Below, piece by piece: positions 1-11,293 of a DNA stretch of 34,720 bases. The stretch comes from Catajapyx aquilonaris (Eukaryota): contig JYFJ02004104.1 in NCBI GenBank assembly GCA_000934665.2, forward strand, positions 1 to 34,720, read 5' to 3'. The first letter of the stretch is position 1, and each line of letters opens with the position of its first letter. Under the pieces are notes generated by a model, which saw nothing but the letters and a program-made list of their open reading frames with translations, made no database searches and had not been told where the DNA came from. The translations under genes and the position numbers were made by a program.

Positions 1-201
1 CACATTGCCTTGCACTTTTGAGATAGCTCGGTTACAAAGACAGATAAGCTCGAGAAGGGTAGATAAGGGAGGAGGAAAAAAAACCAGCAGATAAGCAGGG
101 ACATACACACACGTGTGTGTGTGTGTACATACCTGTGCAATGGATTGCTTGGCCGCCAGGATGAACGAAGAATCTTGCGGACATTCTTTGTGCGGTTCAT
201 A

Positions 202-1003
202 GTACAGGCAGGAATGACAGTACACACACTGTGTAGACGTCATCCTCATTGAAAAGTCGCGTGTAATGTTTCTTGCGGTGGACAGACGTCGGCGTGAGGT
301 GGGTACATTGCGAGGCAGGCGAGATGCGTCAGGTACGTACAGTTAGTACAGTGTGTTATACACCTGTACAGTAGTACAGCACTGCACTGGTTGGAGAATG
401 CCTGTGTACAGTAGTGTACGGTACTGTACGGTACTGTAACAGTACTGTATCGCACAATGCACCTCGTACCGCACGTACCATGGCAATGGAGGAAGACGTT
501 CTGGACATGGTAGCCATGGACCCATTGATCAGCACCCGTGAAGTTGGTCGTAGAGTGCACAGCATTCATTCCAATGTGTGAAGGATCATCCATGACAGCA
601 TCCGAGCGAATGGCTGCCAGTTCCAGCATTTGCTGTAGTCACGGTATGCGTACTGACAGTACGCATGCCGACTTCACGGGTGCTGATCAATGGGTCCATG
701 GCTACCATGTCCAGAACGTCTTCCTCCATTGTCATGGTATGTGCGGTCAGAGGTACATTGTGCGATACAGTACTGTTACAGTACCGTACACTACTGTACA
801 CAGGCATTCTCCAGCCAGTGCAGTGCTGTACTACAGTACAGGTGTACAACACACTGCACTAACTGTACGTACCTGACGTATCTTGCCTGCCTCGCAATGT
901 ACCGCCCTCACGCAGCCGTCTGTCCACCGCAAGAAACATTATTCGCGATTTTCCTATGAGGATGACGTCTACATGGTATGCGTACTGTCATTCCTGCCTG
1001 TAC
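202..1003. mobile_element. Foldback element with ~340-bp inverted arms derived from a Tc1/mariner transposase 5' region
   Basis: Arms 202-547 and 668-1003 are near-exact reverse complements. Plus strand ~459-600 reads APRTARTMAMEEDVLDMVAMDPLISTREVGRRVHSIHSNV*RIIH, resembling the second HTH of Tc1/mariner-superfamily transposases, with a stop where W is expected. Confidence 0.75.
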
Positions 1004-1379
1004 ACTTGTACAGAGACATCGGTGCTCGACATCCTCCGCCATTTCCCGGTGCACCATTGCATGGGCAGGTAGCGAAGAGGGGTTGCTGAGATCCAAGCAT
1101 GGTCCCATGCTTTGCGTGGGAAGGCTGGAGAGCATGAGAGCACCTTGTTCAGTGCAACTGGCATGGCTAGAGAGCCGCTGGATGCACCGTACTCGGCTTT
1201 CCGCGCCTCTCAATTCGAATGGAAAGGATGTGACGTACGCTGCAGTTAGGCGAATAAAATGACATATTGCTCATTTTCATAGCAGGTATAGTTCTGGAGA
1301 TATAAGCCATAATCATTGTCAAATGTGCCTTTTATTTTTTATTTTTTTCCTCCTGACCTGTTGACCTCGGCTACTTGAA

Positions 1380-1491
1380 AATATTCATGCCCACTACTGG
1401 TGTTAGCCGAATACGTGTTAAATTTTGTAAATTTTGGAATAGTAGGGTGACATTTGGAATTTTTTAGGGTCGAACTGTCATGGAATTACCC
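1380..1491. mobile_element. Probable right terminus of a Sola2-like non-autonomous DNA transposon (left end not seen)
   Basis: Ends ...TGGAATTACCC. Its reverse complement GGGTAATTCCA resembles the termini at 24698 (GGGCAATTCCAC) and 13185 (GGGTCATTCCAC). Start coordinate approximate. Confidence 0.35.
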
Positions 1492-2047
1492 TTACGGTAT
1501 AATGTTGTCTCTTTTTACACTGATTCACTTTATGCTGCTATGTTGCTGGAACCAATTACCGGCGAAAAACTGGTACTTCCTGTACTGGAATGTGGCAGTT
1601 GATTTTTATCTTCTCATGTGTGTGATATTATCGTAGACACTCCATATTTTGGATCTGGCAATGGAGTTTTTTTACCTACGCGTGTGATTTTTATAAAGTC
1701 GGTGGTGGTCAAGTCATCATCATTTCCTGGATTGATGTGGAATAACCGGGTATTCGATTGACTATGAAAGTCTGAAGTCTTGTATTGTCACACATTCCTG
1801 ACTTGACAACATACTGTTGCATTGACTAGACACATCTGCAAGTGCTGAATTTCTTATGTCCATTTTAGCAAATATTTCCATTTTCAATGCCATCGAACCA
1901 TTTTAAGAGCCTCCTTGTTATCACATAATGACATGTAAAATGGGGGGGAAATGTAAGGGTGACTAAAACTTTTTATTACACATTTTATAATGACACTTGT
2001 TACTGAGCAAGGACACAGATTAATATGCATTTTTATTTGTCCCCCAG

Positions 2048-2338
2048 ATGGAGTCCCTGGAAAAGAGGCTGCTGCTGAAGTTTCGCATCCATGAAATGAA
2101 CCTGGAGAGGGTTAAAGTTATATCACTGGTTGGTACTAGGAAGGAGATGGCCATTAACAAAATGGAGAAGACTCTGGACCAACTAATGAAGAGGATAGTA
2201 GAGGCCAGGGAGAAGAGGGAGATTGCTAGAATTGCTGCGCAGCAGGCAGCAGATGAAGTGGCAGCCCTTGGAGATAAGGTGGATCAAGGAGAAGGAGGCA
2301 GGTGGGCCAAAGATGAATTCCAGATCTTGACACTGAAG
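2048..2338 (+). CDS. KIF18A: Kinesin-8 (KIF18A/Klp67A-like) stalk, internal coding exon A
   Basis: Acceptor ttttatttgtcccccag|ATG and donor AAG|gtaagg; 291 nt, phase 0/0. Coiled-coil-like peptide MESLEKRLLLKFRI... recalls the post-neck stalk of Klp67A/KIF18A (from memory). Confidence 0.75.
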
Positions 2339-2543
2339 GTAAGGGCAGAATGTTTCTCTGATAAAAATGATTAGGTCTACAGTATATAACCTACCACATG
2401 CAGCATGTTATAGTGTTATATGACAATCGAAACTTTGTGGGAGTCCTCTCCCTCTCCCCCCCCCCCCCCCCNTCTCTGCATCCTCCACCTGGGCCAACAC
2501 TACCTTCTGCTCCTAAGAGCTATCCAGATGCATTCTCGTAGGG

Positions 2544-2761
2544 CAGTGGTTTCCAACCTTCTACCAACTGCAACCCCCTAAACAAGTTTCCATAAATGTG
2601 CGACACCGCTTCCTCCCCTCCCCAACCCCTTCCAGGCCAACTGCCCCCTTTCCAGAAAACATACACTCTGTATGGCCACAAAAATGGTTTAATTGACACA
2701 GAAATTGCAAAAAAAAAAAAAGTTGAACCAAGGCTCGTGACCCCTTGGTTGGAAACCACTG
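2544..2761. mobile_element. hAT-Charlie-type MITE (family also at 17770-17970 and 26587-26803)
   Basis: TIRs CAGTGGTTTCCAACC...GGTTGGAAACCACTG. Degenerate 8-bp TSD tcgtaggg/tagtcggg. Body matches two other copies in the window. Confidence 0.85.
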
Positions 2762-3088
2762 TAGTCGGGAAGTCATTTACTTACTGGGAACTGCATGGAA
2801 CAGTGGAAGGAAGCTTGCATGATGCGACTGATTGGGAAAGCATTCATACTTGGGGTGATCTCTCTGAATGAACTCCTGCCTTTTAGTCATTTGGTTGCAG
2901 CTGTTAATTTCACTATGACCAGAGACACCCAGAGGCAACATTTTAGGAATTCACAATATTTAATTATCTTGTGATGAAAATGATTTTCATGAAAAGTAAT
3001 CCCATTCTTCTCAAAGAGTATGAACTGTTGTAATGCAGTTTTAAACACGCAGTTAACAAAACTTAGGTGGTGCACCATGGAGATTCTA

Positions 3089-3896
3089 TGAGGGGTGTTC
3101 GGAACGTCTTTGCCACAAAACAGGGCCCATGCAGGTCGGCCGATAGGTACACGTTATTATCAGTAGAACCCTCCTGGAGCCGAATGCTCTGGCACCCTCT
3201 CCAGGCCTTCCAGGAACCACTTTTTGTAGGTGCAGTGGACCCACTCCCAGACATCTGTTTCCTGTTCAACAATGTCCTTGAAATGGTGTCAGCGAAGGGG
3301 GTTTTTCATGGATCCAAACAGTTGAGAAAGTATCGGTGGACCAGGCCGGGGGAGTGCAGCAGATGTGGAAGTACCCAAACCCGGATCCATTTTAAAAACC
3401 CTTTACCGACGACATTTTCAAGATATTATTGACAGTTGTTGACTGTGCGCAGTTGTCCAGGAGTAAGTCTGGAGCCTCATGTAAAAACCATGTAACTCAA
3501 GATACTGGGTTTTTACTTGCAGGCCACAATTGGACGGGTCTTTTCAAGCTCTATCCACTGGTACAAACCACGTCTCTCTAACTTGTTTTCCTGCAGAGTT
3601 ATTCCAGTTTTTCAAGTATGATTTATGCAAGAACTAATGGCAGATCACGAACTTTGAGGTGCAATATCTCAAAATGGCCAAATCAGAGATACATGGTTTT
3701 TACATGAGGCTCCAGAGGTGTGTCGCACCTCCAGAAAGTGATTTCAGGAGGGCCTGGAGAGGTTTCCACACCCGTGATGCCAGTGCATTTGGCTCCAGGA
3801 GGGTTCCATCGATAATGTGTGCCTATCTGCTGACATGCATGGGCCCTGTATTTGTGGCAAAAAAATAAAGTGTAAAGACTTTCCGAACACCCCTCG
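3089..3896. mobile_element. Mariner-derived foldback MITE containing inverted copies of the transposase 3' end
   Basis: TA|TGAGGGGTGTTCGGAA...TTCCGAACACCCCTCG|TA. Minus strand gives a decayed mariner C-terminus (LPHLLHSPGL..QLFGSMKNPLR..HFKD..VWEW..KKWFLEGL). Confidence 0.85.
3468..3716. mobile_element. MITE nested in the mariner foldback (superfamily unassigned)
   Basis: Perfect ~27-bp TIR TCTGGAGCCTCATGTAAAAACCATGTA / TACATGGTTTTTACATGAGGCTCCAGA. It interrupts sequence that is contiguous in the related element at 18180-18747. Confidence 0.75.
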
Positions 3897-3928
3897 TAGC
3901 TGGCCAGTTGAATTGTATGGAGCCCTAA

Positions 3929-4179
3929 GGGGTCGTGCAAATACCACGTGACAGTTTTGGGGGGAGGGTCTGCTGATATACCACGGTTGGTCACGGGGGT
4001 TGGGGGCTNGGTGACGTGGTATCTCTGAACACAGTGAATGGGCATATATGGGAGCTTTTACAGATGCACATAGGTTCAAAATAACCTAAAATTCGAAATC
4101 AGCAACCCAAAAACATGGGCAGACATGCTTTTTACGTGCTTAAATGCTTAAATCGGTCCCGTGGTATTTGCACGACCCC
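3929..4179. mobile_element. MITE with TAA TSD (PIF/Harbinger- or Zator-type)
   Basis: TAA|GGGGTCGTGCAAATACCACG...CGTGGTATTTGCACGACCCC|TAA; perfect 20-bp TIR. Confidence 0.8.
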
Positions 4180-4314
4180 TAAAAGGCAAGATCTGCCATG
4201 ATAAGTTGGTTCTTCCGACAACAACGTTTTGGGCATCAGCCTACCTCTTGTACTGGTAGTAGACTAGATGGCATATGGATAGCTTGATCTTCTATTATAC
4301 CATTTTCTCCCTAG

Positions 4315-4494
4315 TTGCTTCAGATGGAATATCTGCAGCATGTGGAACACATGAGGCAAATGAGCACTCTTCAGACCCAAGAGCTACAACGCCTTCATGT
4401 ACTGTTGTCACAGGTCCTTGGCTCTGCACATGATTATTTTGCCCTTCTCAAGGCCTATGGTATGCTGCCCACCCACATGGAGGGTGATTTAGCG
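4315..4494 (+). CDS. KIF18A: Kinesin-8 (KIF18A-like) stalk, internal coding exon B
   Basis: Acceptor ttttctccctag|TTG and donor GCG|gtgagt; 180 nt, phase 0/0. QHVEHMRQMSTLQTQELQRLHVLL...YFALLKAYG...EGDL aligns by eye with the KIF18A region HMMDLACLQEQQ...YCTLKEAG...ESDF. Confidence 0.8.
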
Positions 4495-5905
4495 GTGAGT
4501 GAAAGTTCAAGATTGTGTTGTATTTAAGCAGGTCTTCATCGGGTGGAAAGTATGAGGAGTCTGCTGGATGAGTGATGACCTAGTGCATGTGGTAATATTA
4601 GTTCATGACTAGATCACTCACTCATCCAGTATACTCCGGGCATTGCAGCAAAATCACCAGGATATTTTGTGGAGGAAAGAAGCCATGCTTGATTATTCTG
4701 GTGGAATGTGAAATTGTGTTGTGATTCAGAACAGGGTATGAAACTTATGAATTACTTGATCTGTTGTACAGAGTGGTCCAACAAGAAAGGGATACTGCCT
4801 ACTGAAATTCTGCTTATTTGTCAGTCTTCCAGTAACTATAAATAATTAGGTTACTTGCAGAATTTCAAAATAACCACCTGCACTTCCATTTGTGAGGTGA
4901 AAAAAGCAATGGTCGACAGGTTGTAGATAAGGTCGTGATGAAAATGGTTGGGAACCACTGATATAGAGGGTGATTCTTATAGAAATGAACCCTTTCAATT
5001 TGCTGTAACTTCCTGGCGGTAATAAGTGTACTTGGAAAATTGTATTCAATGAACTTTGGAGCAACATTGTCAGGACTGACGGTCCAAATCAAAACCCTGC
5101 ATCTCGCCTTTTTGTCATATTCGCATTTGAAGTTTGTATGTTTCCATTATCGTGTATGCAAGAGCATGGTTTCAATGTGGCCAAATCTTTGCAAGGGTTG
5201 CTCCTACAGTTATGGGCTTTGTGCTTGCAAAGAGGAGTGCAATGGTGCAATTATCTCAATTTACATTATTTTGGAAGATACCAGGCTTTCGTTTGAGCTG
5301 CCAGAGGGGTGCAAAAGGCCATCCAAGCAATTAGTGCCTTGTGGCGGCATTATTAAACCTGAGGGTGGGAAAGTGCATGGATGGGGATATAAGTGTACTC
5401 GCACACCAAAAAGCGAAAACCCGGAAGTTATGTCACTTACGCCCCTGGGGGAGCCTCAGGATATTAGCCCACATGACTCAGATTTTTTACCCGTCAAAAG
5501 GATCGCCCAACACAACTTTTCCTTACTAGCGAACTGCAACTTTCGAAAAAAACAAAAAAAAAAAAACATTTCAAGCCACCCTAGTGTACATTAACCTGGA
5601 ATTTGGAAATCAATATCACAGCTGTCCATGGAGATATTATTATTGGCTTAAAGCAAAGCCACTGTCTTGCATCTACACATAAAATATTATGGAAATAAAA
5701 AATATTTATTCAATAGGAAGCAAACATCCAAGTTTACAGTACACAACACTATTTTCATTCATATTCATTCATATGTTCATTGACATGTTGTTAAATTTAA
5801 AGCTTCAATTACAATAATGCGATATGGACAATGAATAGGTTTAATCCAACTTTAGGTTACCATTTACAGTATATTGTAGTCCTGGATGTGGCATGAAATG
5901 TTTAA

Positions 5906-6740
5906 CCCTAATAAGAAGGGTGGTTTTTCACGTTTTTGCAAGTATCTGCAAAAAATTCGCTTTCTTTGGGACTTGGGGGACGAGACTTGAAAACACTAGT
6001 CAATAAGATCGTATAGTGTCCAGGCTTGATCCTGAGGCCATCTATGTGACCCTCCTCTCATACGATACGGAGATGTATAGTCTTAAACGCACAAACAAGG
6101 TGGTGCAGGGGTATGTTTTGTGCCTACTCCATTTTTTTGTCACTCTGCTTGCTTGACAAAAAATTATCGGATGTAGCCTTGGCACCTCTGAACAAAGCAG
6201 TACATAAACACATAGCATGAATTATGGCACAGGCCAGCCAGGCGTGAAGAAGTGATACACAAACACACTCCCTCACGAATGTAAACATTCAGCCATTCAA
6301 AAGGTGCTGGGAGCATGCGCCGTCCAGCCACTCTGAGGCTGGCGTTGAAGTTCACAGACTCCCAGCAGCCGGTAATTGGCATTTACGAACATTATTTATT
6401 TATTTTAAAACTATTGAATCATCTTTTGCACTAATTTTAGGGTGGAATCTCTTGAGGAGGTTTGGGGGCAACTATGTATGCCGAAGATTTGCCGGTCAAG
6501 GTCGGATATTTTTTTTTTAGTTTTCAGCTGCCGTAAAAAGATGATTTCATTCAAGTTAATCTGGTTAATCCGGTTTATTTATGCACGATTTTGTAGTCCA
6601 AAACTCGCGATTTTTTACGCGAGAGAAAATTTAAAAAGCCACACAGAAACTACGTTACATAGTGGGAAAACACTATAGTTTCGCCAGCAGAATTTTTTAA
6701 AGCCAGAGTATCAGCATATGATACGCCAGTCTTATTAGGG
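5906..6740. mobile_element. piggyBac-type non-autonomous element
   Basis: TTAA|CCCTAATAAGA...TCTTATTAGGG|TTAT (TSD with one mismatch). Confidence 0.65.
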
Positions 6741-7896
6741 TTATGGGTTACTAAATAAAGTGTTAAAAGTAGCACACACAGAATTCTCCTAGGGTCAAAT
6801 GATCAGCGACCTCTTGTTCATGATTGCGTGGTATTCGAAAAATATTAGCCCATGTCATTGGTTGTAGCAGAATAATACCTTGAAAAAAGAAATTTGTGTC
6901 TTAATCTAAGGTGAGGATGTCGGGTTCAGGGTGATTGATCTGACATCACTTGAACTGGTTAGTAGTAGTCCAGGATCAAAATACAGACAGGCATGGTACT
7001 TGCTGCAGCCTTTTCCATTTTTAACCCTCTCATTCCTTCCTGAGCGGCTGTCAGATGGGAACCTGCATGTCCAAACTTATTCACTGGGGTCCTTTTCTGC
7101 ATGCCTAAGTTACTAACTGTTGCAGAGTCCACAGGGGGGGGTCAAGGAGAATCAGAAGGGTGGGGGTAAGGGGCAGCATTGTAGCTGGAGTTGAGTAACG
7201 AAAATATTCATTTAAATATACCAAGCAGATACCAAGTCTGTCTGCCATTACTGGAACTCATGCGGCCACTGCCAGATGTGAGCCACTCCTACCAAACTTG
7301 CTAATCAAGGCCCTCTATACTTGGATTATTCAACCTGAGATTTTGGCTCCTAAAAACATTCATGGGCCCACATGGGCCTCAGTAATTACTCCATTACATG
7401 GCCTAACATTATACTCGCCCTCGACAATGCTAGTACAGTTGACTCCAGATATAAGAGAATTTAAGGGACCACGAAAATCAATGTCCTATAACCAAGGTTT
7501 CCTTTATCCAAATCGCCACTTTAGCAACAAATGAACCAAGTTTTCTGGCATGCTACAACTGATTAGTGAAACTATCCACAAAAATGGACAATTAGCTTGG
7601 CTGTTAATTATGCACAAACAATTTGCACAACGGATTTCTTCCAGGATCAGTTTCAGTGTGCATCTATTTAAATTTTAGTGAGATTATTATTTCTGATAGC
7701 ATTAGATGGAAAAGTGAAATTTGGTTTTGGCTTCTTTAGATTCCCAATGGAAAAATCTGGATAACTTGAAAATCATCAATGCAATTTGTTCAAATGTAAA
7801 ATGATCACAGGTACCGGTATTCATATCCCTTGAGAATTGATGTGTCATCTTTGGCAATATAATGTTCCACTGTTAGAGTTGATTATTGCTGATTAA

Positions 7897-8497
7897 CCCT
7901 TAACTACTTTAGGTGGAGGCTGAGCGGTTCCAGCCACTATTTAAACATGATGTAACTTTTTAATTAATTTTTCCCCCCCCTGTCCTTCCTTGAATTTGTC
8001 ACAAAAACCTTCCTACGCATGAAAGGGAGAAAAAAAATAATCGTCACTATTCTTTGGCTGAAAAAAAAGTAACGAGGAACAGGCTCCACCTAAGTACAGT
8101 AATAAGGGTGCCGTCGTTTTCTTTTGGAGGCGCTCAGGCTCCACCTAAGTAACTAAAGGTGTATCGCGCCCATGGCTGTCAAGGTCCCGGGTTCGATCCC
8201 AGCCCGGGGTTCCCCCCTTCATCTCGTGCAGAGTTGGGCCATCTCTGGCTTCGTCTCGGGTGGAAATTTCCGCTAGACTAATCCAGCCGGGGGAGTTCAC
8301 AAAATGACCAATATGAGACATTGCACTTGCACTTTGCACATCCTCTCCTACTTACCCTTGGAACAATTAAATAAAATCATATTATACGGTTCCAAAAATA
8401 GTGGTACTCCACTCCCCTAAACAGGGCCCAAGGCCTGATAATGGGGTACTGTAAAAAAAACAACTGAAGGTGTATCGGCCACCTAAGTAGTTAAGGG
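7897..8497. mobile_element. piggyBac-type MITE hosting a SINE
   Basis: TTAA|CCCTTAACTACTTTAGGTGG...CCACCTAAGTAGTTAAGGG|TTAA, with internal repeats of CCACCTAAGTA. Confidence 0.85.
8167..8461 (+). mobile_element. 5'-truncated tRNA-derived SINE (core type B)
   Basis: B box GGTTCGATCCC, A-rich end, 16-bp TSD aact(a/g)aaggtgtatcg (8151-8166 / 8462-8477). Body homologous to the SINE at 24509. Confidence 0.85.
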
Positions 8498-8737
8498 TTA
8501 AAAGTAACAGTGAAATTTTGCACAATGTGGTAAGCACTCAAATGGGGCAATAACTATGGGAAACCAGTAAGTTAATGCACACTTATTAACTCAATGTTTA
8601 TTTTAGTGAATAATATGCAACCCTAAAAATATTGCCAATTTCTGTGATTTTTTTTTCTTCTTCAAAAGTATCCTTCTACATTTGTGATTTTGCAATGCAG
8701 ATTTTTCCAGTTTCACAAATTTTTTCATCTATAACTA

Positions 8738-8902
8738 CAGTTGAATCTGGATGTAACAGCCTATGTCATACAGATTTTCGCTTATAACAGACTCGAAAGC
8801 CCAGTCCCGGCATACTTCCATATATGGCTTGTGTATTCTGCTATAACATACCGGTACTGATTTCTGCTGTCCCTTGAAGTCTGTTAGATCCTGATTCAAC
8901 TG
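8738..8902. mobile_element. pogo/Tigger-type MITE (related copy 17245-17406; fragment near 7437)
   Basis: TA|CAGTTGAATC...GATTCAACTG|TA with repeated TATAAC motifs. Confidence 0.8.
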
Positions 8903-9723
8903 TAATAGGAACAACCTCAGTAAAAACCATTGTGATCAACACTGAAAGGATTCTGGAAAGGATGTTTTTCACTGCAGGCTGAAGGTTGTGTTTCCTCCCG
9001 CACTGTTGTTCAGTGTAATTGCTCATGTTCAGACCATCAACTCGGACATTATGTGAACGAGCAACAAAGAAAGTAATTGTTTGCTTCATGGGCCCTGTTC
9101 ATCTCAAATGACACGTTAAGAACTCTCTGTCAACCCTGTCACACAGGCAGTATAGGGCTCCCCAGCATGTGGTGATAGGGTATTTTGACTTGCATCATAC
9201 ACTAGCTTGAAGAGCTGGATCTTGCCATGTGCGTCTGACAGGCCAATCATCAGGCCGGCTCTTATCCCAAGAGACCTGCTCCCCATGCTTCCTCTCCCCT
9301 GATTTCTCCAGACCACCCCAATACCCTCTCCTTCTCTCTGCTGCAACGAGGAAATTTCCAGGGGTTGGGTTCAGGTGGATAGAGGGGTGGGTAGGAGTCC
9401 TTGATAAGCGGCTTGCTATGTCGGTGCATTCACTGCCAGTACGTCAAGTTAGTACAGATCACTGCCTCGTACAATGAAGGCAGCATACACTGCACCCTGT
9501 GTGACAGGTTCATTAGCGTTACCAAAAGCCCAGATTCCGAGATTCACTTACAGTTAGGCTATTTCCACACAAGGCCACCATGGCAGAGCCGCCGCATACA
9601 TTAGGCGACACTGCTGACCGCAAGAAAAGTTGCGTCTGGCGTGAAGGCTTCGTATGATTCGATGCAAATGCGTGACAGATGTTCAGGGTCCATTATGGAC
9701 AGGATTCACTCTAGATAAATATG

Positions 9724-10108
9724 TAGTGAAACCTGTCCATAACGTAGCCTACCCTGAGTGTTACAAAAACTTGTCCATTGCTGAATTTTTCAGGGAACGG
9801 GCGTATGCATAGGACATAAATACCGTGTCAAATATAGCGGAAACGGCTGATATACCGTACTAGGCCTTACGTTTATTATATCCGACATCGTTAAACGGTT
9901 CGCGCGCGATCCACAAAAACAGCACCGCTTTTTTTTTCCTCCCCCCACTCTCTGCTACCTCTGCCCACAATGCTTTGTGGCGTTGCAGCGTTCACTGCCA
10001 CTCTTACCATTTGGTGCTGATGACTAGGAAAATAGTAATTTTCAGCGGAAACTTGTCAATTACAATTTTTAGGGCACCGTGATATTCTGCTATACACAGG
10101 TTTCACTG
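9724..10108. mobile_element. pogo/Tigger-type MITE
   Basis: TIR AGTGAAACCTGT / ACAGGTTTCACTG|TA; left end slightly decayed. Confidence 0.65.
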
Positions 10109-10307
10109 TACCGGTATCCAAAAGCGAAAGTTTGTATGCATGTATGTTTGATTGTACATGGCAGCGGGTTACCATAGCTACGATGGTTGCCGGGTAACCC
10201 TCGTTTTAAAAATAGGGATTCATAAAAATTCAGTTTGACAAAACGCACAAAATCCGCACACATACAGTGGCCTAGAGTACAGGTACTTGACTTGCCGTTC
10301 CACATTT

Positions 10308-10717
10308 GCCGCATTTGCCGAGTGTCCCTCATAGGGGACACCGGTTTCAACGCCACCCTCAGACAAGGAAAGTAAAAAATATGCCTATATTTCCACATTG
10401 ACATCATCAGTCATAAGTTTTCTAAGTATTACAAACAAAAAATGACTCATAATGCTAATCAACATTCGATAATTAATTACTAATCGTCTTCGGTACGTGG
10501 AGGTGCAGCCATTATTTCCTGCGTTAAAATTCAAACTCCTGTATCTTTAAAATCTGCAGAAATATTGAGCAGGTTTGTACTTGTATCGTTAGCTGGGACT
10601 CTCCTGAAGCCCCCGTGACTACTGCCAGCTCTTTAGCAGCAGAAGAACCTGCGCAAAAAAATTAAAATGTAACAACTGTGCAGGTGTCCCCTATAGGGCA
10701 CACTCGGCATATCTGGG
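10308..10717. mobile_element. piggyBac-like MITE, decayed left end
   Basis: Inverted repeat TGCCGAGTGTCCCTCATAGGGGACACC / GGTGTCCCCTATAGGGCACACTCGGCA; right end GGG|TTAA. Confidence 0.6.
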
Positions 10718-11293
10718 TTAATGGGAGGTTCCAGGTTGAGGGTCATTGCGTTCTGAGGCCTCTCTTCCCTTTTTTTTTGGGAAGAGCTGCAGTAGACATA
10801 GGGTATTTAACAGATTTCGGGGAGACCAACAATACGTTAGTATTTATTGACAGACCCCGCTACAGCTACAAGGCACCACGAAAACAAAAAAAAGAGCAAT
10901 TACGGTCATGTGTTTGGACTCAGAAGTGTTGCTGTGATGTGTTTATGTTCAGATTGCATTAATGGGAAACTGCGTAAAATAGAGCAGCATAAAATGGAAC
11001 TGTGTAAAACCAGTACCGGTACTTACTGCATTTGATTAGTGACATCCTGAGTTTTTCCTTCCAAAGCACATGAAAATCTTTTGCCTCCTTATAAAGTCTT
11101 GGTAGATATGTTTTATCCTGATTTGGTGATTGCTGGGAGATGAGACTGCATTAATTGATGGAGGGTACTGATATCATGGCTAATTTTCCTTTAATTATAC
11201 TTTCGGATTGCTTCTATATGGAAAATGTCAAGGTAAATTATGCAATAATGTTTCTTGTGACAGATGTGTAACACATTCTCTCCCTTCTTTCAG

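Noticed and set aside
246..959. Paired plus/minus ORFs with near-identical peptides (apparent duplicated genes)
   Set aside because: They are by-products of the inverted repeat and have no coding signal beyond a decayed transposase fragment.
5040..5594. 184-aa Cys-rich ORF
   Set aside because: No recognisable domain or splice context, and it runs into repeat-like sequence and a poly-A run.
5700..9600. Nested minus-strand gene or decayed pogo-like transposase in the kinesin intron (AATAAA near 5705, short open frames at 6770-7190 and 8905-9090)
   Set aside because: Frames are short and stop-interrupted, and no motif was convincingly recognised. A tblastx/blastx search after removing the MITEs would decide.
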